Shown piece by piece: positions 46,154 through 56,718 of a stretch of 64,000 nucleotides of DNA. Source of the DNA: a virus (Duplodnaviria; Caudoviricetes); IMG/VR virus record IMGVR_UViG_3300008110_000072, positions 1,086 through 65,085 of that record; one strand, written 5' to 3'. The notes under the pieces were generated by a model. That model was given only the letters and a program-made list of their open reading frames with translations, ran no database searches and was not told where the DNA came from. The first letter of the stretch is position 1. Each line of letters opens with the position of its first letter. The translations under genes were made by a program, and so were the position numbers.

Positions 46154-47587
46154 ATGGCTTTAGAATTCAATGGTGGAAATGCGGTAAGTCCGTTTAGTGC
46201 CGCCGATATGACCTACTCCGCCTTTGCGGACACCGTGGCCCTCACCCGTAAGTTTCACCGTCAAATCATGGAGCGTATCCCTGATGCAAACTATCTGAAA
46301 GATGGCTTGCTGGAGGATGTGATTGCCGGAGGTGGACTTCTTGGTGTGGCATCTGACACCGTAAATGTATATCACGCAGAACAGGAATCTGTAGTGAGCA
46401 ACATCAAGGTGATTGCAAAAGCTGCAGTTGCTGGTTTTACAAACAAACTCAAACTGACAATTGATGGCGAGCTTATTAAAACCGACTATTTTATTTATGC
46501 GCTTGTTGGACAAATCTTTTCTACAAACAGCAATAATGTTCAGATTGTTGTTGAAAGCGTAGACCCATCAATAGTTGCCGGAAATGATTATGAAATCGTT
46601 GTTGCCGCTGCCACAGGCGTAGCTTTGACAAACTTTATTGCTGCAAATGATGTTCTTCGCCCTCTTGGTAGTGTGACTGGAGCTAACAGCGAATTTGGTA
46701 CTGGTAGTGTTCGCGGATGGAGCCGTTTTGGCGTGGAGTTTCAAACTCAGGAAACTGTTGCCGGTCCTCTTCCAACCAACGCATATAATCAGACATTTGA
46801 ATTTACAATGGCTAATGGACAGAATGTCCTTGCGCCTCGCGTTCTTTTGGATGCCTATGTGCGTGACGATTTGAAGAAGATGGCGCAAATCATTGCCGGA
46901 ACCGGAGAAAACCTTGGTGGCAACCAAACCACTATGGGTATTTTTAAAACCATTCAAACATATGGTCAAACCGCTGATTATACAAAAGCTGCCCTGACTT
47001 GGGATGCATTTTTGACAATCAACGACTACCTTCGTAATCGCGGTGCTGGCACAGAGCGTGACCTTTGGTTGGGCGCTAAAGTTTTTGATACAATCACTGT
47101 AAACTTTAAAACTGATTTTGACCTTGCGCTTCGCTATGTAAATGCCGATGGTAATCTTGGAGATGCACACACCAGTCTTGGTGTAGGTTTCGCTCAGTTT
47201 GCGTCCTCTGAAGTGACATATACCATGAAGAGAATGAATGAGCTTAGCCATCCGCGCATTTTCTCCAACGCTACTGCGGTTCCGGCTAATGCTGCAGCTC
47301 TTGCAAATCAGTATTATGCAAACTGTTTTATGATTCTTCCAACTACTAAGGTAAAGATTCAGAACGGTTTGACCTCTCGCACGCAGGCTGTTGAAGCCCC
47401 AATGATGCGTATCCTTCAGCTTGAGGCTCCAGTAACCGTTGGAGGTCCAAAAGTTATGAAGCGTGTATACAATCAGGCGGGTGCTGAACTCGGAAAGGAA
47501 AACTACCGCGTAACAATGCGTCAGGATTTTGCTCTGCAAATGATGCTCGCATATAAGTGTTACTTTGGTGGATTTACCGCTGCCTAA
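46154..47587 (+). CDS. Major capsid protein
   Basis: 477 aa after the scaffold; biased codon usage; GIFKTI..G motif; followed by a strong terminator. Confidence 0.8.
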   Translation: MALEFNGGNAVSPFSAADMTYSAFADTVALTRKFHRQIMERIPDANYLKDGLLEDVIAGGGLLGVASDTVNVYHAEQESVVSNIKVIAKAAVAGFTNKLKLTIDGELIKTDYFIYALVGQIFSTNSNNVQIVVESVDPSIVAGNDYEIVVAAATGVALTNFIAANDVLRPLGSVTGANSEFGTGSVRGWSRFGVEFQTQETVAGPLPTNAYNQTFEFTMANGQNVLAPRVLLDAYVRDDLKKMAQIIAGTGENLGGNQTTMGIFKTIQTYGQTADYTKAALTWDAFLTINDYLRNRGAGTERDLWLGAKVFDTITVNFKTDFDLALRYVNADGNLGDAHTSLGVGFAQFASSEVTYTMKRMNELSHPRIFSNATAVPANAAALANQYYANCFMILPTTKVKIQNGLTSRTQAVEAPMMRILQLEAPVTVGGPKVMKRVYNQAGAELGKENYRVTMRQDFALQMMLAYKCYFGGFTAA

Positions 47588-47600
47588 TTAGCAGATTGTA

Positions 47601-47646
47601 AAAAAATAAAGAGGGGGCGGCATTTGCTTGCCCTCTTTTTTTATTT
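47601..47646 (+). terminator. Intrinsic terminator after MCP
   Basis: AAAGAGGG..CCCTCTTT flanked by A-run and T-run. Confidence 0.8.
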
Positions 47647-47655
47647 ATATATTTG
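47623..47655 (+). promoter_or_regulatory. Bacteroidota-type promoter overlapping the terminator
   Basis: TTTG-N21-TATATTTG. Confidence 0.6.
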
Positions 47656-47679
47656 CAGTAAAACAACAAGTATATATAT

Positions 47680-48654
47680 ATGATAGGCCAACAAATTATA
47701 ACAAGAGAGTATAACAACTACTCAGATGCACTTAGAAGCAAGCTGCGTGTACTGCAGCCCGGAGAGGTGGTTAAAGTAAAACTACATGATAGCCACTGGT
47801 CTAATGTGACAGAAACGCGTTTTGCGAGCATGGATTCAAACAATCCGATTCCCGGCATGGCAAATATTGTAAGGAAAAAAATTGGAACATATTATTTGGG
47901 AACCGGGCCTTGGACAGTGATGGATGGGAACAAAATGATTCAGGTAGGATTTCTTGAATCTATTGACTTAAATGGAAAACCACAGTGGAGGCAGAGAGCC
48001 TTTGTTGATGGGGAGCATTTTTTTTACGGAGATAGCATGGCAGATGTGCAGGATTTTTTAGCATTTCAGCTTCATCCTGAAGTAAAAAAAGAAAACCAAA
48101 CGGGTTCGTATAAGTTTTATATAGACAATCCAGAGGAAACCAGCGACAATAGCTTGCAGAAAATTAAATGGAGAACGGCTATACAAAACGCTGTGCTTGG
48201 CGTAACCGATGAGCAGCTTAAACGCTTGGCCTCTCCACAGGTGTATGGAAAGTCTATGTTCAACAAACCAACACACACCACGCCAAAGTCTATACGCGGA
48301 TATATTGCGGGATTGCTTACAAATGATAGCGGATATAAAGTCGTAGAAGGCGTGCTTCGCAACCTTAAAGAAGTGGAAGATATTGACCTTTTAATTAAGG
48401 CTTTAAATGCGGGCAAGATTATTATCAGCGAAACCAACATTAAACGAAATGATAACTTTTTGCTTGGTACTCTTGCTTCGCCAATTATGGGTAACACAGA
48501 AGAAAAGGCAATTGAGCTATACGAAATGTTCAAAGCAAATCCGGAGTGGGATAAGGACATTTTTGAGTGGCTGCGTGAAGACGCGGGCAAAACTCCATCC
48601 GGAGCAAAACGCGGAAGGACGGCTGGAATAACAACAGATAAAGAGGAAATCTAA
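47680..48654 (+). CDS. Conserved post-MCP protein (crAss gene-75-like position)
   Basis: Synteny; FQLHP motif. Confidence 0.5.
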   Translation: MIGQQIITREYNNYSDALRSKLRVLQPGEVVKVKLHDSHWSNVTETRFASMDSNNPIPGMANIVRKKIGTYYLGTGPWTVMDGNKMIQVGFLESIDLNGKPQWRQRAFVDGEHFFYGDSMADVQDFLAFQLHPEVKKENQTGSYKFYIDNPEETSDNSLQKIKWRTAIQNAVLGVTDEQLKRLASPQVYGKSMFNKPTHTTPKSIRGYIAGLLTNDSGYKVVEGVLRNLKEVEDIDLLIKALNAGKIIISETNIKRNDNFLLGTLASPIMGNTEEKAIELYEMFKANPEWDKDIFEWLREDAGKTPSGAKRGRTAGITTDKEEI

Positions 48655-48682
48655 GTTAGCTATGGTTTAAAAATTGAGTAAC

Positions 48683-48713
48683 AAGCCCCGTGTTTTGCAT
48701 GGGGCTTTGTTTT
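48683..48713 (+). terminator. Putative terminator
   Basis: AAGCCCC..GGGGCTT followed by TGTTTT. Confidence 0.6.
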
Positions 48714-48719
48714 ATAAAT

Positions 48720-49127
48720 ATGGAAGAACAAATTCTCGCCCCCAACCGATGTGCGTTTCAGTTTTTCTTAGGAGACGAAATCCCATCAATTCATTTGCAT
48801 GAGATGATGAGTTTGGCGCACATGTATAGCGAAATAATCGGCCCCGTGATAATGGTGTGTACAGAGCGCGGGTATGATTTTTTGGTTAGAAACAAGCTTG
48901 ATGAATTGTATATAGACTTTGGCGTGTGCGATACGGAAGAAAGTGTTTGGGGGTTGATAAGCCATTTGAAAGAAAACAATCAACTTGTTGAGGACGATAT
49001 TATAAACAATTTAGAAAATTGTTCTCAAAATATCCGTAATTTGTATAGTCTTTATACGGTTCCTGATGAGCTAAAGCAATTGATTAATCAGGCAATTGAA
49101 AAAGAAACAGCTAAGAATTCGATATAA
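48720..49127 (+). CDS. Hypothetical protein
   Basis: MEEQ start; coupled to the next ORF. Confidence 0.6.
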   Translation: MEEQILAPNRCAFQFFLGDEIPSIHLHEMMSLAHMYSEIIGPVIMVCTERGYDFLVRNKLDELYIDFGVCDTEESVWGLISHLKENNQLVEDDIINNLENCSQNIRNLYSLYTVPDELKQLINQAIEKETAKNSI

Positions 49128-49327
49128 TGGATACGATAGAAAGTCTCTACCAGAAATATGTAAACAGCCTGCAGCACGATATAGAAAGGGGCTGCGCTGG
49201 ATTAACGGACAAAACGCAGCAATTGCTTGCTTTTTATCAGGAGGTGCAATACCGTCAAAGCGCACAGGTAAATGACACTGTAACCGCAGACCAACTGCTT
49301 GAGTATACATATCAAAACTATGAATAG
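49127..49327 (+). CDS. Hypothetical protein
   Basis: TAATG stop/start coupling. Confidence 0.6.
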   Translation: MDTIESLYQKYVNSLQHDIERGCAGLTDKTQQLLAFYQEVQYRQSAQVNDTVTADQLLEYTYQNYE

Positions 49328-49377
49328 TATATAAATTTTATTTGTAAATTTGCCATTGCAGTTAAAACTCGTCACAC

Positions 49378-50211
49378 ATGCCAACTCCAGCTAAAGTAAA
49401 TCTTCCGGGCATCACATATGCGAAGGCGACACCGGAAAACATATTAGTTGCCAGCAATCCTACTGGAGGGGCTGCAACAGACCTTCAAGATATTATCAAC
49501 CCAATTACACTGGCTACAGGAAAGATTACTACGGTGGCGGGTAATACGGCTGTTGTCGGAATTGGCACTGAGTTCGATATAGATTTTTCCGTAAACGATT
49601 ATTTGTTTGCGTTTGATACATTTGATACAACCCCCACCCTTATTGGTAAAATTGTAGCTATTGGCGGGGCTGGCTCAATGACACTTAGTGCAGGAGCGCC
49701 AGACACTATTTCTGCTCCGGGTGTATATGCGGGCAAGACAAATATTCTTCTTAGCACTCAGGACAATGTAATTATGCGCGTCCCTACTGTTGTAACAAAC
49801 GGCGTGCTTTATATTCCCAACTGGAAAGAATGGTTGAAAGGAAGTAAAATTTTTGGTAGCTGGAATCAGGAGATTACAAATCGACTTGAAAGATTAAGCT
49901 TGGTTGGGGTTCCAACAGAGGAAGCCCCGTCTCCAGCAAATGTTCAGTATACAATTACGCCATACACCCCGTGGCAAAATCGAACAGTGATTTCTTCAGG
50001 TGGGGCGCGTAATGTTCTATATTTCCCAAGTACATCTGCTTTCCCAAGTTTTGTATATGCGCTTCTAAATCCGTATGGAGCAACATCAGAGGCTCTTGCA
50101 AGCAACACCTTATACAGATTTGGTGTAAATCCAGAGTTTAATCAAAACTGCATTGTGTCTGGTGTTGATTATCCAGCAACAGAACTGCAAGCTGCGGGTT
50201 ATTTTCCATAA
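49378..50211 (+). CDS. Structural (tail/decoration) protein
   Basis: Thr/Gly-rich, V.GIGT.F..DF motif; TAAATTTG at 49345-49352. Confidence 0.55.
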   Translation: MPTPAKVNLPGITYAKATPENILVASNPTGGAATDLQDIINPITLATGKITTVAGNTAVVGIGTEFDIDFSVNDYLFAFDTFDTTPTLIGKIVAIGGAGSMTLSAGAPDTISAPGVYAGKTNILLSTQDNVIMRVPTVVTNGVLYIPNWKEWLKGSKIFGSWNQEITNRLERLSLVGVPTEEAPSPANVQYTITPYTPWQNRTVISSGGARNVLYFPSTSAFPSFVYALLNPYGATSEALASNTLYRFGVNPEFNQNCIVSGVDYPATELQAAGYFP

Positions 50212-50226
50212 ACAATTAATTGAGCT

Positions 50227-51084
50227 ATGCCTAATAATACTTATAATACCGAGGTAAACTATTACAGAATCAACGCCAACAACACCAATATTGCGGTGAG
50301 TGCGAGCGGCGCTGATGGAAGCCCAAATGAAGAAATTGCACCACCAACAAGTAGTGGTGGAAGTGGGTTTTTGAATAAAGCAGGAGATGTGATTAATGGA
50401 CTTGGCACAAGCTTTAATGTTTTTTCGCCCGGTCAATATGTATATTTTATTAACAACTCTGGCGCAAATGTTTTGCTTGGTCAGATTTCGTCAATAGGCG
50501 GACCCACAGCTCTTACACTTGTTGCAGGCAGCTACACAGGCCAATTGCCCGCCACCGGAAATATAATTACGGCAAGCTATAGCTTAATCACAACAACCGA
50601 ATCATTTTATATTCGTGTAGCCACGGAAAAAACAAGCAACACGCTAAGTTCTTCCGAGGCTAATATTCCATTATTGACATCTTGGAGGCTTGCAAATAAT
50701 GCCACCTCTGCCAATCAGCCAAGCGTTACGCAGATACAGCAGTATAGCACAGTTGGAACACCAACAAGCATTGCGCCAACGCCAATACAAGTGCAGTTTA
50801 CGCTGGAGGTAATGAATCAGTTCCCAGCATTCACTGGTCAAACAACAAGTTCAAGAAGCTGGAATAGCGTAGATGAGATACCAGATTATATATGGTTAAA
50901 AGCTGTTGTAAAAGGCGGAACATCAAGCCTAAGCGGACAAACAATGTATCGCATTACAACGGAAGAAACGATTGACGCGCTCGTAGTTACTCCCGGATTT
51001 TCAAACCAAACGCTTATAAACAGCGGGTATTTTAATGTAACAAATACAACAACCGCTGGCCCCGGTGATGTGGGAGGTAATTAA
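50227..51084 (+). CDS. Structural protein, paralog of 49378-50211
   Basis: Shared G.GT.F..F, L.G.I..IGG, IP..W, S.VG.PT..AP.P..VQ.T, LS..T.YR motifs. Confidence 0.6.
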   Translation: MPNNTYNTEVNYYRINANNTNIAVSASGADGSPNEEIAPPTSSGGSGFLNKAGDVINGLGTSFNVFSPGQYVYFINNSGANVLLGQISSIGGPTALTLVAGSYTGQLPATGNIITASYSLITTTESFYIRVATEKTSNTLSSSEANIPLLTSWRLANNATSANQPSVTQIQQYSTVGTPTSIAPTPIQVQFTLEVMNQFPAFTGQTTSSRSWNSVDEIPDYIWLKAVVKGGTSSLSGQTMYRITTEETIDALVVTPGFSNQTLINSGYFNVTNTTTAGPGDVGGN

Positions 51085-51107
51085 TTTGACGCATAACATA
51101 TACAAAT

Positions 51108-52031
51108 GTGGCTAAGATTTCATTTTTTAGAACACAAGGTAGGAAAGCGTCATATATAAATACGCTTCAGAACACTCCTCTTTTCCTTACGGGGAGGGTG
51201 TCTGATAGCTTCTACATTACACTTGCCGAAACCAGTGTATTTCTTACTGGCAACAAAAAACAATCATTTTTTAATACCGTAGGAGACTATCCTGTTTTTT
51301 TGACAGCAAACAAGAATATCGCGTTTGTAGTTACACCAGACCCAAATATCCCAAGGCTTTTAAAGCCAAAATCATCGCTTGAAATAAATGCGGCACAAAC
51401 GCAAATTACATTGCATGATGAAACCGGATATTATGACCCTGATGACCCAAATCTAAACCCCGGAGGTTTTAATCCGGATAGTGCCGACTACAGCCCATAT
51501 AGGCCCAAGAGAGATGCTGTCTATTTGTGGACGGTGTATAAAATAAGAAGCCGCCCAGATAGCGAAGGTTACGGGAACAACACCAAAACACCCGTATCGC
51601 AGGCACAGCAAGAGGACGACCCATACGCATACCCTCTCACCCTACCCACCGAAACGGTAAACAACACCACCTCGGTTATAAAAGGATTGTATGAGGTGAT
51701 AATGATTGTAGCTCCGTTTGGCGCTACCTACCCGTATGGAGATGTAAACCTTGCCCAGCAAGCAGCAACATATCCTAATTATTATGTTGTTAGCAACTAC
51801 GCTATTATAGACGGTCCAGTTATTAATTGCCTAAACCAAATGCGGTATAAATACTTGCAGAGTGTAATATGCGGAAGGTGTGATGAAAAGTATTTAGAAG
51901 TGTACGCTATATATGTCGGCTTGCTCAATGCTATGCAGGCGGGCGAGTGGGATACAGCAAATGAATACTACGCCAGCTTGCAAAACATTTGTAAAGAAGA
52001 GGGATGTGATACCTGTTCATGTGATTGTTAA
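51108..52031 (+). CDS. Structural protein with N-terminal FLT repeats and Cys-rich C-terminus
   Basis: GTG start; D.TG.Y...NPGG; CGRC..CDTCSCDC. Confidence 0.55.
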   Translation: MAKISFFRTQGRKASYINTLQNTPLFLTGRVSDSFYITLAETSVFLTGNKKQSFFNTVGDYPVFLTANKNIAFVVTPDPNIPRLLKPKSSLEINAAQTQITLHDETGYYDPDDPNLNPGGFNPDSADYSPYRPKRDAVYLWTVYKIRSRPDSEGYGNNTKTPVSQAQQEDDPYAYPLTLPTETVNNTTSVIKGLYEVIMIVAPFGATYPYGDVNLAQQAATYPNYYVVSNYAIIDGPVINCLNQMRYKYLQSVICGRCDEKYLEVYAIYVGLLNAMQAGEWDTANEYYASLQNICKEEGCDTCSCDC

Positions 52032-52043
52032 TTAGTATATATT

Positions 52044-55000
52044 ATGCCAACTTTTCTTGACGATTTAGCAAATTATAACGCAAAAGCATCGCTCGCCATA
52101 TCTAATGCTGTGGCAGATGGGAGTGTAGAAAAGGCAAATATGATGAGCAGCCTAAAGACGGTTGCTAATGATACAACACTTGACGAGGATGTAAGGCTTA
52201 AAGCCCTTACAACACTTATAAATGTAGGAAATCTGCTTGATGCGCCAATCCCTCCATATTTCCCGCTGACGCAGACATATGCAAACGCGCTTACTTATGC
52301 GGGCATACATAATGAACTTGAGGGACTAAATGAGGGAGACTATCAGCATTTAACTGAATCAGAAAAGTCGTCTCTACTGAACAAAGCAAGCCTGTCTGAT
52401 ATTACATGGGCCAACTTGCAGGGCAGTTATACAAACAATATACCATTTGCTGCAATCCTTGATGGAAAGCAAGCGGCGTTGTCTGGAACTGGCTATGTAA
52501 AAGCGAATGGGCTAAACATCACATACGATAACAGCACCTTCCTTACTGATGTAACGGGAATACTGGTAGGAGCTGCTGCTGGTGGTGAGTTACAGGGCAA
52601 CTATCCCAACCCCACTTTAAATGGACTATCTGTAATTGGCAAAGTCCTCACTGGATTCACTGGGGCGGCAATGCCGATTACGCCTATATTAGCGTCAGAT
52701 TCAATTTTGTCTGCTATACAGAAGCTAAATAACAATATAGCCAATCTATCAAGCAATCCGTCTGGCGTATCCACTGTTGCTCTTACGAACAATGCGTCTT
52801 CGGTTTTTTCAACCACTACTGCAGCACAGGGAGGGCCAGCCGCAACATTAAATATTTCTCTGCAGACGCAAAACAAAAATTTGTTTTTAGCATCCAGCAG
52901 CACGACCAATGGACAGGTTCCTGCATTTAGGGCTATACAAGTGGATGACCTTCCTGCAACTGGGAATCCAGCCACTACTATAGGCGGTTCTACAACAATC
53001 CCTGTCATAGCAATTGATGCGAAAGGTAGGGTGACCAGCTTGACATCTGCTGCAGCCGCTACGGGTGGAATTGTAAACACGGTTAATATGACCGTGCCAT
53101 CCAATAGCCCTACAATATTTACAGCAACAGGAGGGGGTAGCAGCTCCACGGTGAATGTTGGATTTGGATTGGCAACGCAGGTGAAGAACACCTTTTTTGC
53201 CGGGCCTGCTACAGGTTCTAATGCAACTCCTCAATTTAGGGCTTTACAACTATCTGATATAAGCTTTGATATACCGTATACGCAAGTGGGCGGTCTTAAA
53301 GACCAGTTGGACTTAAAGCTCGGCGTAGGTTTGGGGACAAGTCAAATTTTAATTGGTAACGGCTCATTACAAGCAGCTCAGGCAAAAGTAGGTGGTGATT
53401 TAGAAGTGTATTACGATACAATACAAGACACCAATACGGCTGTTTTCACTATAAAATCCTCTTCGGTTACTTATTCAAAATTTCAAAATATTCCCAGTTC
53501 TGCCGGAAATGCAATACGACCTATTTTGCTTGGTCGATTTTATGCTGGACAGGGAGAGATGCAAGAGCTTACATTAAGTAGCGATTTTACTTTAAATCCA
53601 ATTAGCGGCCAAATAGGCTTACTTACGCCAAACCCTCCGGCATTAAACGATGTAGGCGACCTTTTAACATCCACCGGAGCAAATGTCTTAACGAGACTGT
53701 CATTACCGCAGCCAAACAATGACGGGTATTTGCTAATGCCTTATGCAGCAGCCGCAAACCCTGCGTGTGGATTAATATGGGGAGAGGTGATGGGAGATAT
53801 ATCGTATACAGTGGATAACACCACAACACCCGGAACTCCATTTGGTGCGTTTAGTATAGGCGCTAACAAAGTAACGCTTAGCAAAATTCAAACGATTGAT
53901 GACCAAAGAATATTAGGCAACATTTCCGGTGGGGCAGCAATTCCTGCTGAGCTTACCCCGCAACAAGTGGTGGATATGCTCCCATTGCAAGATGCATTAT
54001 CCGGAACAACCAAAGGTGTTGTGCCTCCATCAAACTTTACACCAGCCTCCGGATATACAAAAGACGACTATTTCCTTACAGCAAATAATGGATGGTCGTT
54101 AGGCGGTGGCGGTGGTGGTGGTACGCCCGGCGGAGCTGCATGGCAGTTTCAATATAATGATAATGGAACCGCTTTTGCTGGGTCTGCAAATTTGGCGGCA
54201 ACCAATGCTGGAGATGTTCTTGCCACTTCTGGCTATTTTGGTATAGTGGATGATGCAACAACTCCCACTGTTGGTGTATATATATCTGCACCAGATGTCA
54301 CCGTTGCTGGGTTGGACTGGTCTATACCAGCAACAAATGCAAATGATATATTTGTTGGAGAGGCGTTTCAACAAACCCTTACAAACAAAACGCTTAATAG
54401 TCCTATAATAGGAACTGGAGCTGGACAGGGACATTTACACCTGCACACCATAAACAACAACCCTCCTATAAGTCCAACTGCCGATTACATTACATTATTC
54501 GCAGATGATAGTCCTAAAAGAGTTGGATTTCAATTTGGGCTGGACGGCTTTGCAAGCTATTTCCAGTTCGATGCAACAGCAACAAGCAAGACATATACAT
54601 TCCCGGATGCCACAGGAACTGTTGCCCTGATTGACGCAAGCAATGTTTTAAATATCCCTAAATTAGGAAGCACATCAGGAGCAATTGCTCTTGGAGGAGG
54701 TACATCAGGAACAATAACGCTTCAGGCTCCCGCTACGGTTACTGCTGGGCAGGATGTATATACGCTCCCAAGCACCTATCCGGGAGCGGCTTCGGGATGG
54801 TTTTTAACATCTAATTTATCGGGAGGTCTTTCTTGGGTGTCCGTAACAGGAGGAGGAGATGTGACGAGTACAGCAACAGGAACGCCACAAGGCAACTTTG
54901 CCGTGTTTGATAGTAACACAGGAAAGGTGATAACCACTTCCTCTGTAGCCTCATTAGGGGCATCTCCTTCAGGCCGTGCTACATTTAACAATGGGGTGGA

Positions 55001-56336
55001 TGTAGGCGTAAGCGGCCCAGCAGGAACAACAGGAACGCTTGTGTTTCGTAGTTCTGCTAATGTTGGACGCACAATTATTCAAGCGGCAAGCACACCAGCA
55101 GCTACAGATATTTTTTACTATCTACCTTCAGGACAAGCAACCGGAGCGGGTCAAATCCTTGCCAATGACGGCAGCGGGAATCTCTCATGGACGGCAGCAG
55201 GAGCGGGGAATATGATATTGGCTTCTACGCAAACAAACACAGGGGCTAAAACATTCAATTCAGGAACATTAGTTCTTGCTGGAGCCAGTTCAGGAACTAC
55301 AATCTTGAACGCCTCTGCTACAGCATCAGGAACTGTTACACTGCCCGCCTTAACAGGAACTGTAGCCCTTCTTGAAAACACCCAAACATTTACAGGAGCG
55401 AAGATATTTGATGGAACAGGCGGAACAATAACATTTAGTCGTGCCGCTTCTTCTGGCTCTGCCATAACTATTTCAGGACAAGGAACCCAAATAACGCCCC
55501 AAGTGGTCTTTTCGGGAGCTACAATGAACTGGATAAATTTTGGGAGTAATGGCCTCGATGCGCCTACTCACACGGGAGCAGCGGGGGCATCAAGGAGTGC
55601 AGGAACTAAGATAGCGATACGTCCGGTTAACGGAGCGTCCTCTCTTGATAACGCAATTGGAATGGAGAACGCAGGAATGTGGCTTTCGGGGTTCAGCGGA
55701 ATCAGGTTTTATCCAGACAGCTCAACAACGGCTGCTGGACAATGGAAATATGTCGCTAGCAGTGTTAGGGGGATAGAGCTGAATGCTCCATCCGAAACAA
55801 GCAATATAACAACGCCTCAACTGCTTATTTCGGGCTCAAACGCTCAATGGATGAATTTAAGTGGAGCAAATGGTGCACCAGCAGTCTCACAATCAAGGTC
55901 TGTTGGGACTAAAATTGTGCTTAGATTGAATACGGGAACTTTAATTGATGGAGCAATAGGATTTGACAACGCATCCGGCCCTTGGATTTGCTCAAACTCA
56001 AACATAGACTTTTATGCAGGAAGTGTTGCATCTGTAACGGGCAGATTTAGCTCTGCTGGATTAACGCTCCCCACAGTAGGCACCGGTATTTTAATTAAGG
56101 AAGGCACTAATGCTACAATGGGGGTAACAGCGGCTATGACCGCAGGGACCATTACTGTTAGCACAACAAAGGTGACAACAAATTCACGAATATTTTTGAC
56201 AGCACAAACAACAGGAGGAACACCGGGAGCGTTAAGAGTTAGCGCAAGAACCGCTGGAACAAGTTTTACAATAACATCTTCTTCTACAGCAGACACATCA
56301 ACCGTAGCTTGGATAATTATAGAACCAGCCCCTTAA
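52044..56336 (+). CDS. Tail fibre protein
   Basis: 1430 aa G/T/S/A-rich; GGELQGNYPNP, P.FRA repeats, QTLTNKTL, YTLPS, GNLSW. Confidence 0.85.
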   Translation: MPTFLDDLANYNAKASLAISNAVADGSVEKANMMSSLKTVANDTTLDEDVRLKALTTLINVGNLLDAPIPPYFPLTQTYANALTYAGIHNELEGLNEGDYQHLTESEKSSLLNKASLSDITWANLQGSYTNNIPFAAILDGKQAALSGTGYVKANGLNITYDNSTFLTDVTGILVGAAAGGELQGNYPNPTLNGLSVIGKVLTGFTGAAMPITPILASDSILSAIQKLNNNIANLSSNPSGVSTVALTNNASSVFSTTTAAQGGPAATLNISLQTQNKNLFLASSSTTNGQVPAFRAIQVDDLPATGNPATTIGGSTTIPVIAIDAKGRVTSLTSAAAATGGIVNTVNMTVPSNSPTIFTATGGGSSSTVNVGFGLATQVKNTFFAGPATGSNATPQFRALQLSDISFDIPYTQVGGLKDQLDLKLGVGLGTSQILIGNGSLQAAQAKVGGDLEVYYDTIQDTNTAVFTIKSSSVTYSKFQNIPSSAGNAIRPILLGRFYAGQGEMQELTLSSDFTLNPISGQIGLLTPNPPALNDVGDLLTSTGANVLTRLSLPQPNNDGYLLMPYAAAANPACGLIWGEVMGDISYTVDNTTTPGTPFGAFSIGANKVTLSKIQTIDDQRILGNISGGAAIPAELTPQQVVDMLPLQDALSGTTKGVVPPSNFTPASGYTKDDYFLTANNGWSLGGGGGGGTPGGAAWQFQYNDNGTAFAGSANLAATNAGDVLATSGYFGIVDDATTPTVGVYISAPDVTVAGLDWSIPATNANDIFVGEAFQQTLTNKTLNSPIIGTGAGQGHLHLHTINNNPPISPTADYITLFADDSPKRVGFQFGLDGFASYFQFDATATSKTYTFPDATGTVALIDASNVLNIPKLGSTSGAIALGGGTSGTITLQAPATVTAGQDVYTLPSTYPGAASGWFLTSNLSGGLSWVSVTGGGDVTSTATGTPQGNFAVFDSNTGKVITTSSVASLGASPSGRATFNNGVDVGVSGPAGTTGTLVFRSSANVGRTIIQAASTPAATDIFYYLPSGQATGAGQILANDGSGNLSWTAAGAGNMILASTQTNTGAKTFNSGTLVLAGASSGTTILNASATASGTVTLPALTGTVALLENTQTFTGAKIFDGTGGTITFSRAASSGSAITISGQGTQITPQVVFSGATMNWINFGSNGLDAPTHTGAAGASRSAGTKIAIRPVNGASSLDNAIGMENAGMWLSGFSGIRFYPDSSTTAAGQWKYVASSVRGIELNAPSETSNITTPQLLISGSNAQWMNLSGANGAPAVSQSRSVGTKIVLRLNTGTLIDGAIGFDNASGPWICSNSNIDFYAGSVASVTGRFSSAGLTLPTVGTGILIKEGTNATMGVTAAMTAGTITVSTTKVTTNSRIFLTAQTTGGTPGALRVSARTAGTSFTITSSSTADTSTVAWIIIEPAP

Positions 56337-56340
56337 CAAT

Positions 56341-56712
56341 ATGAGCAACTACAACATCATCGTCCCCATCAGCAACGAGCCTGTGTATGGCTTCAAGCGG
56401 ACAGCAACAATGGCATCATTGCAAATCAATGCCATGCCTTGGACAGGCCGAAACATCAATTTGGTGACACAGGTAGATTATTTCGACCAGAATGACCTCC
56501 CCATTGACATCATTCCTCCAAAGATAGTTAGCCTCATTGCCGACAACAGCACCTGCGTGGACGACAAGGGTAATCCCGTTCCATGCGACAGCCCCGATGC
56601 CGTGATGACAGAGTTTGAATACTACATGAGCCTCCTCAGTACGCCTGTCGTCATTGAAACGCTCGTAGTAGCCAAAATACAGCAAGCAGACGCAGCCGGA
56701 CGATTTAACTAA
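56341..56712 (+). CDS. Putative tail-fibre-associated protein
   Basis: Directly after the fibre; ends ADAAGRFN. Confidence 0.5.
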   Translation: MSNYNIIVPISNEPVYGFKRTATMASLQINAMPWTGRNINLVTQVDYFDQNDLPIDIIPPKIVSLIADNSTCVDDKGNPVPCDSPDAVMTEFEYYMSLLSTPVVIETLVVAKIQQADAAGRFN

Positions 56713-56718
56713 TAAGCC

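Noticed and set aside
46568-47539. 323-aa antisense ORF opposite the MCP
   Set aside because: Shadow ORF expected from strong codon bias; no recognisable protein features
52044-56712. Diversity-generating retroelement at the tail fibre
   Set aside because: No reverse transcriptase and no adenine-mismatched TR/VR pair noticed
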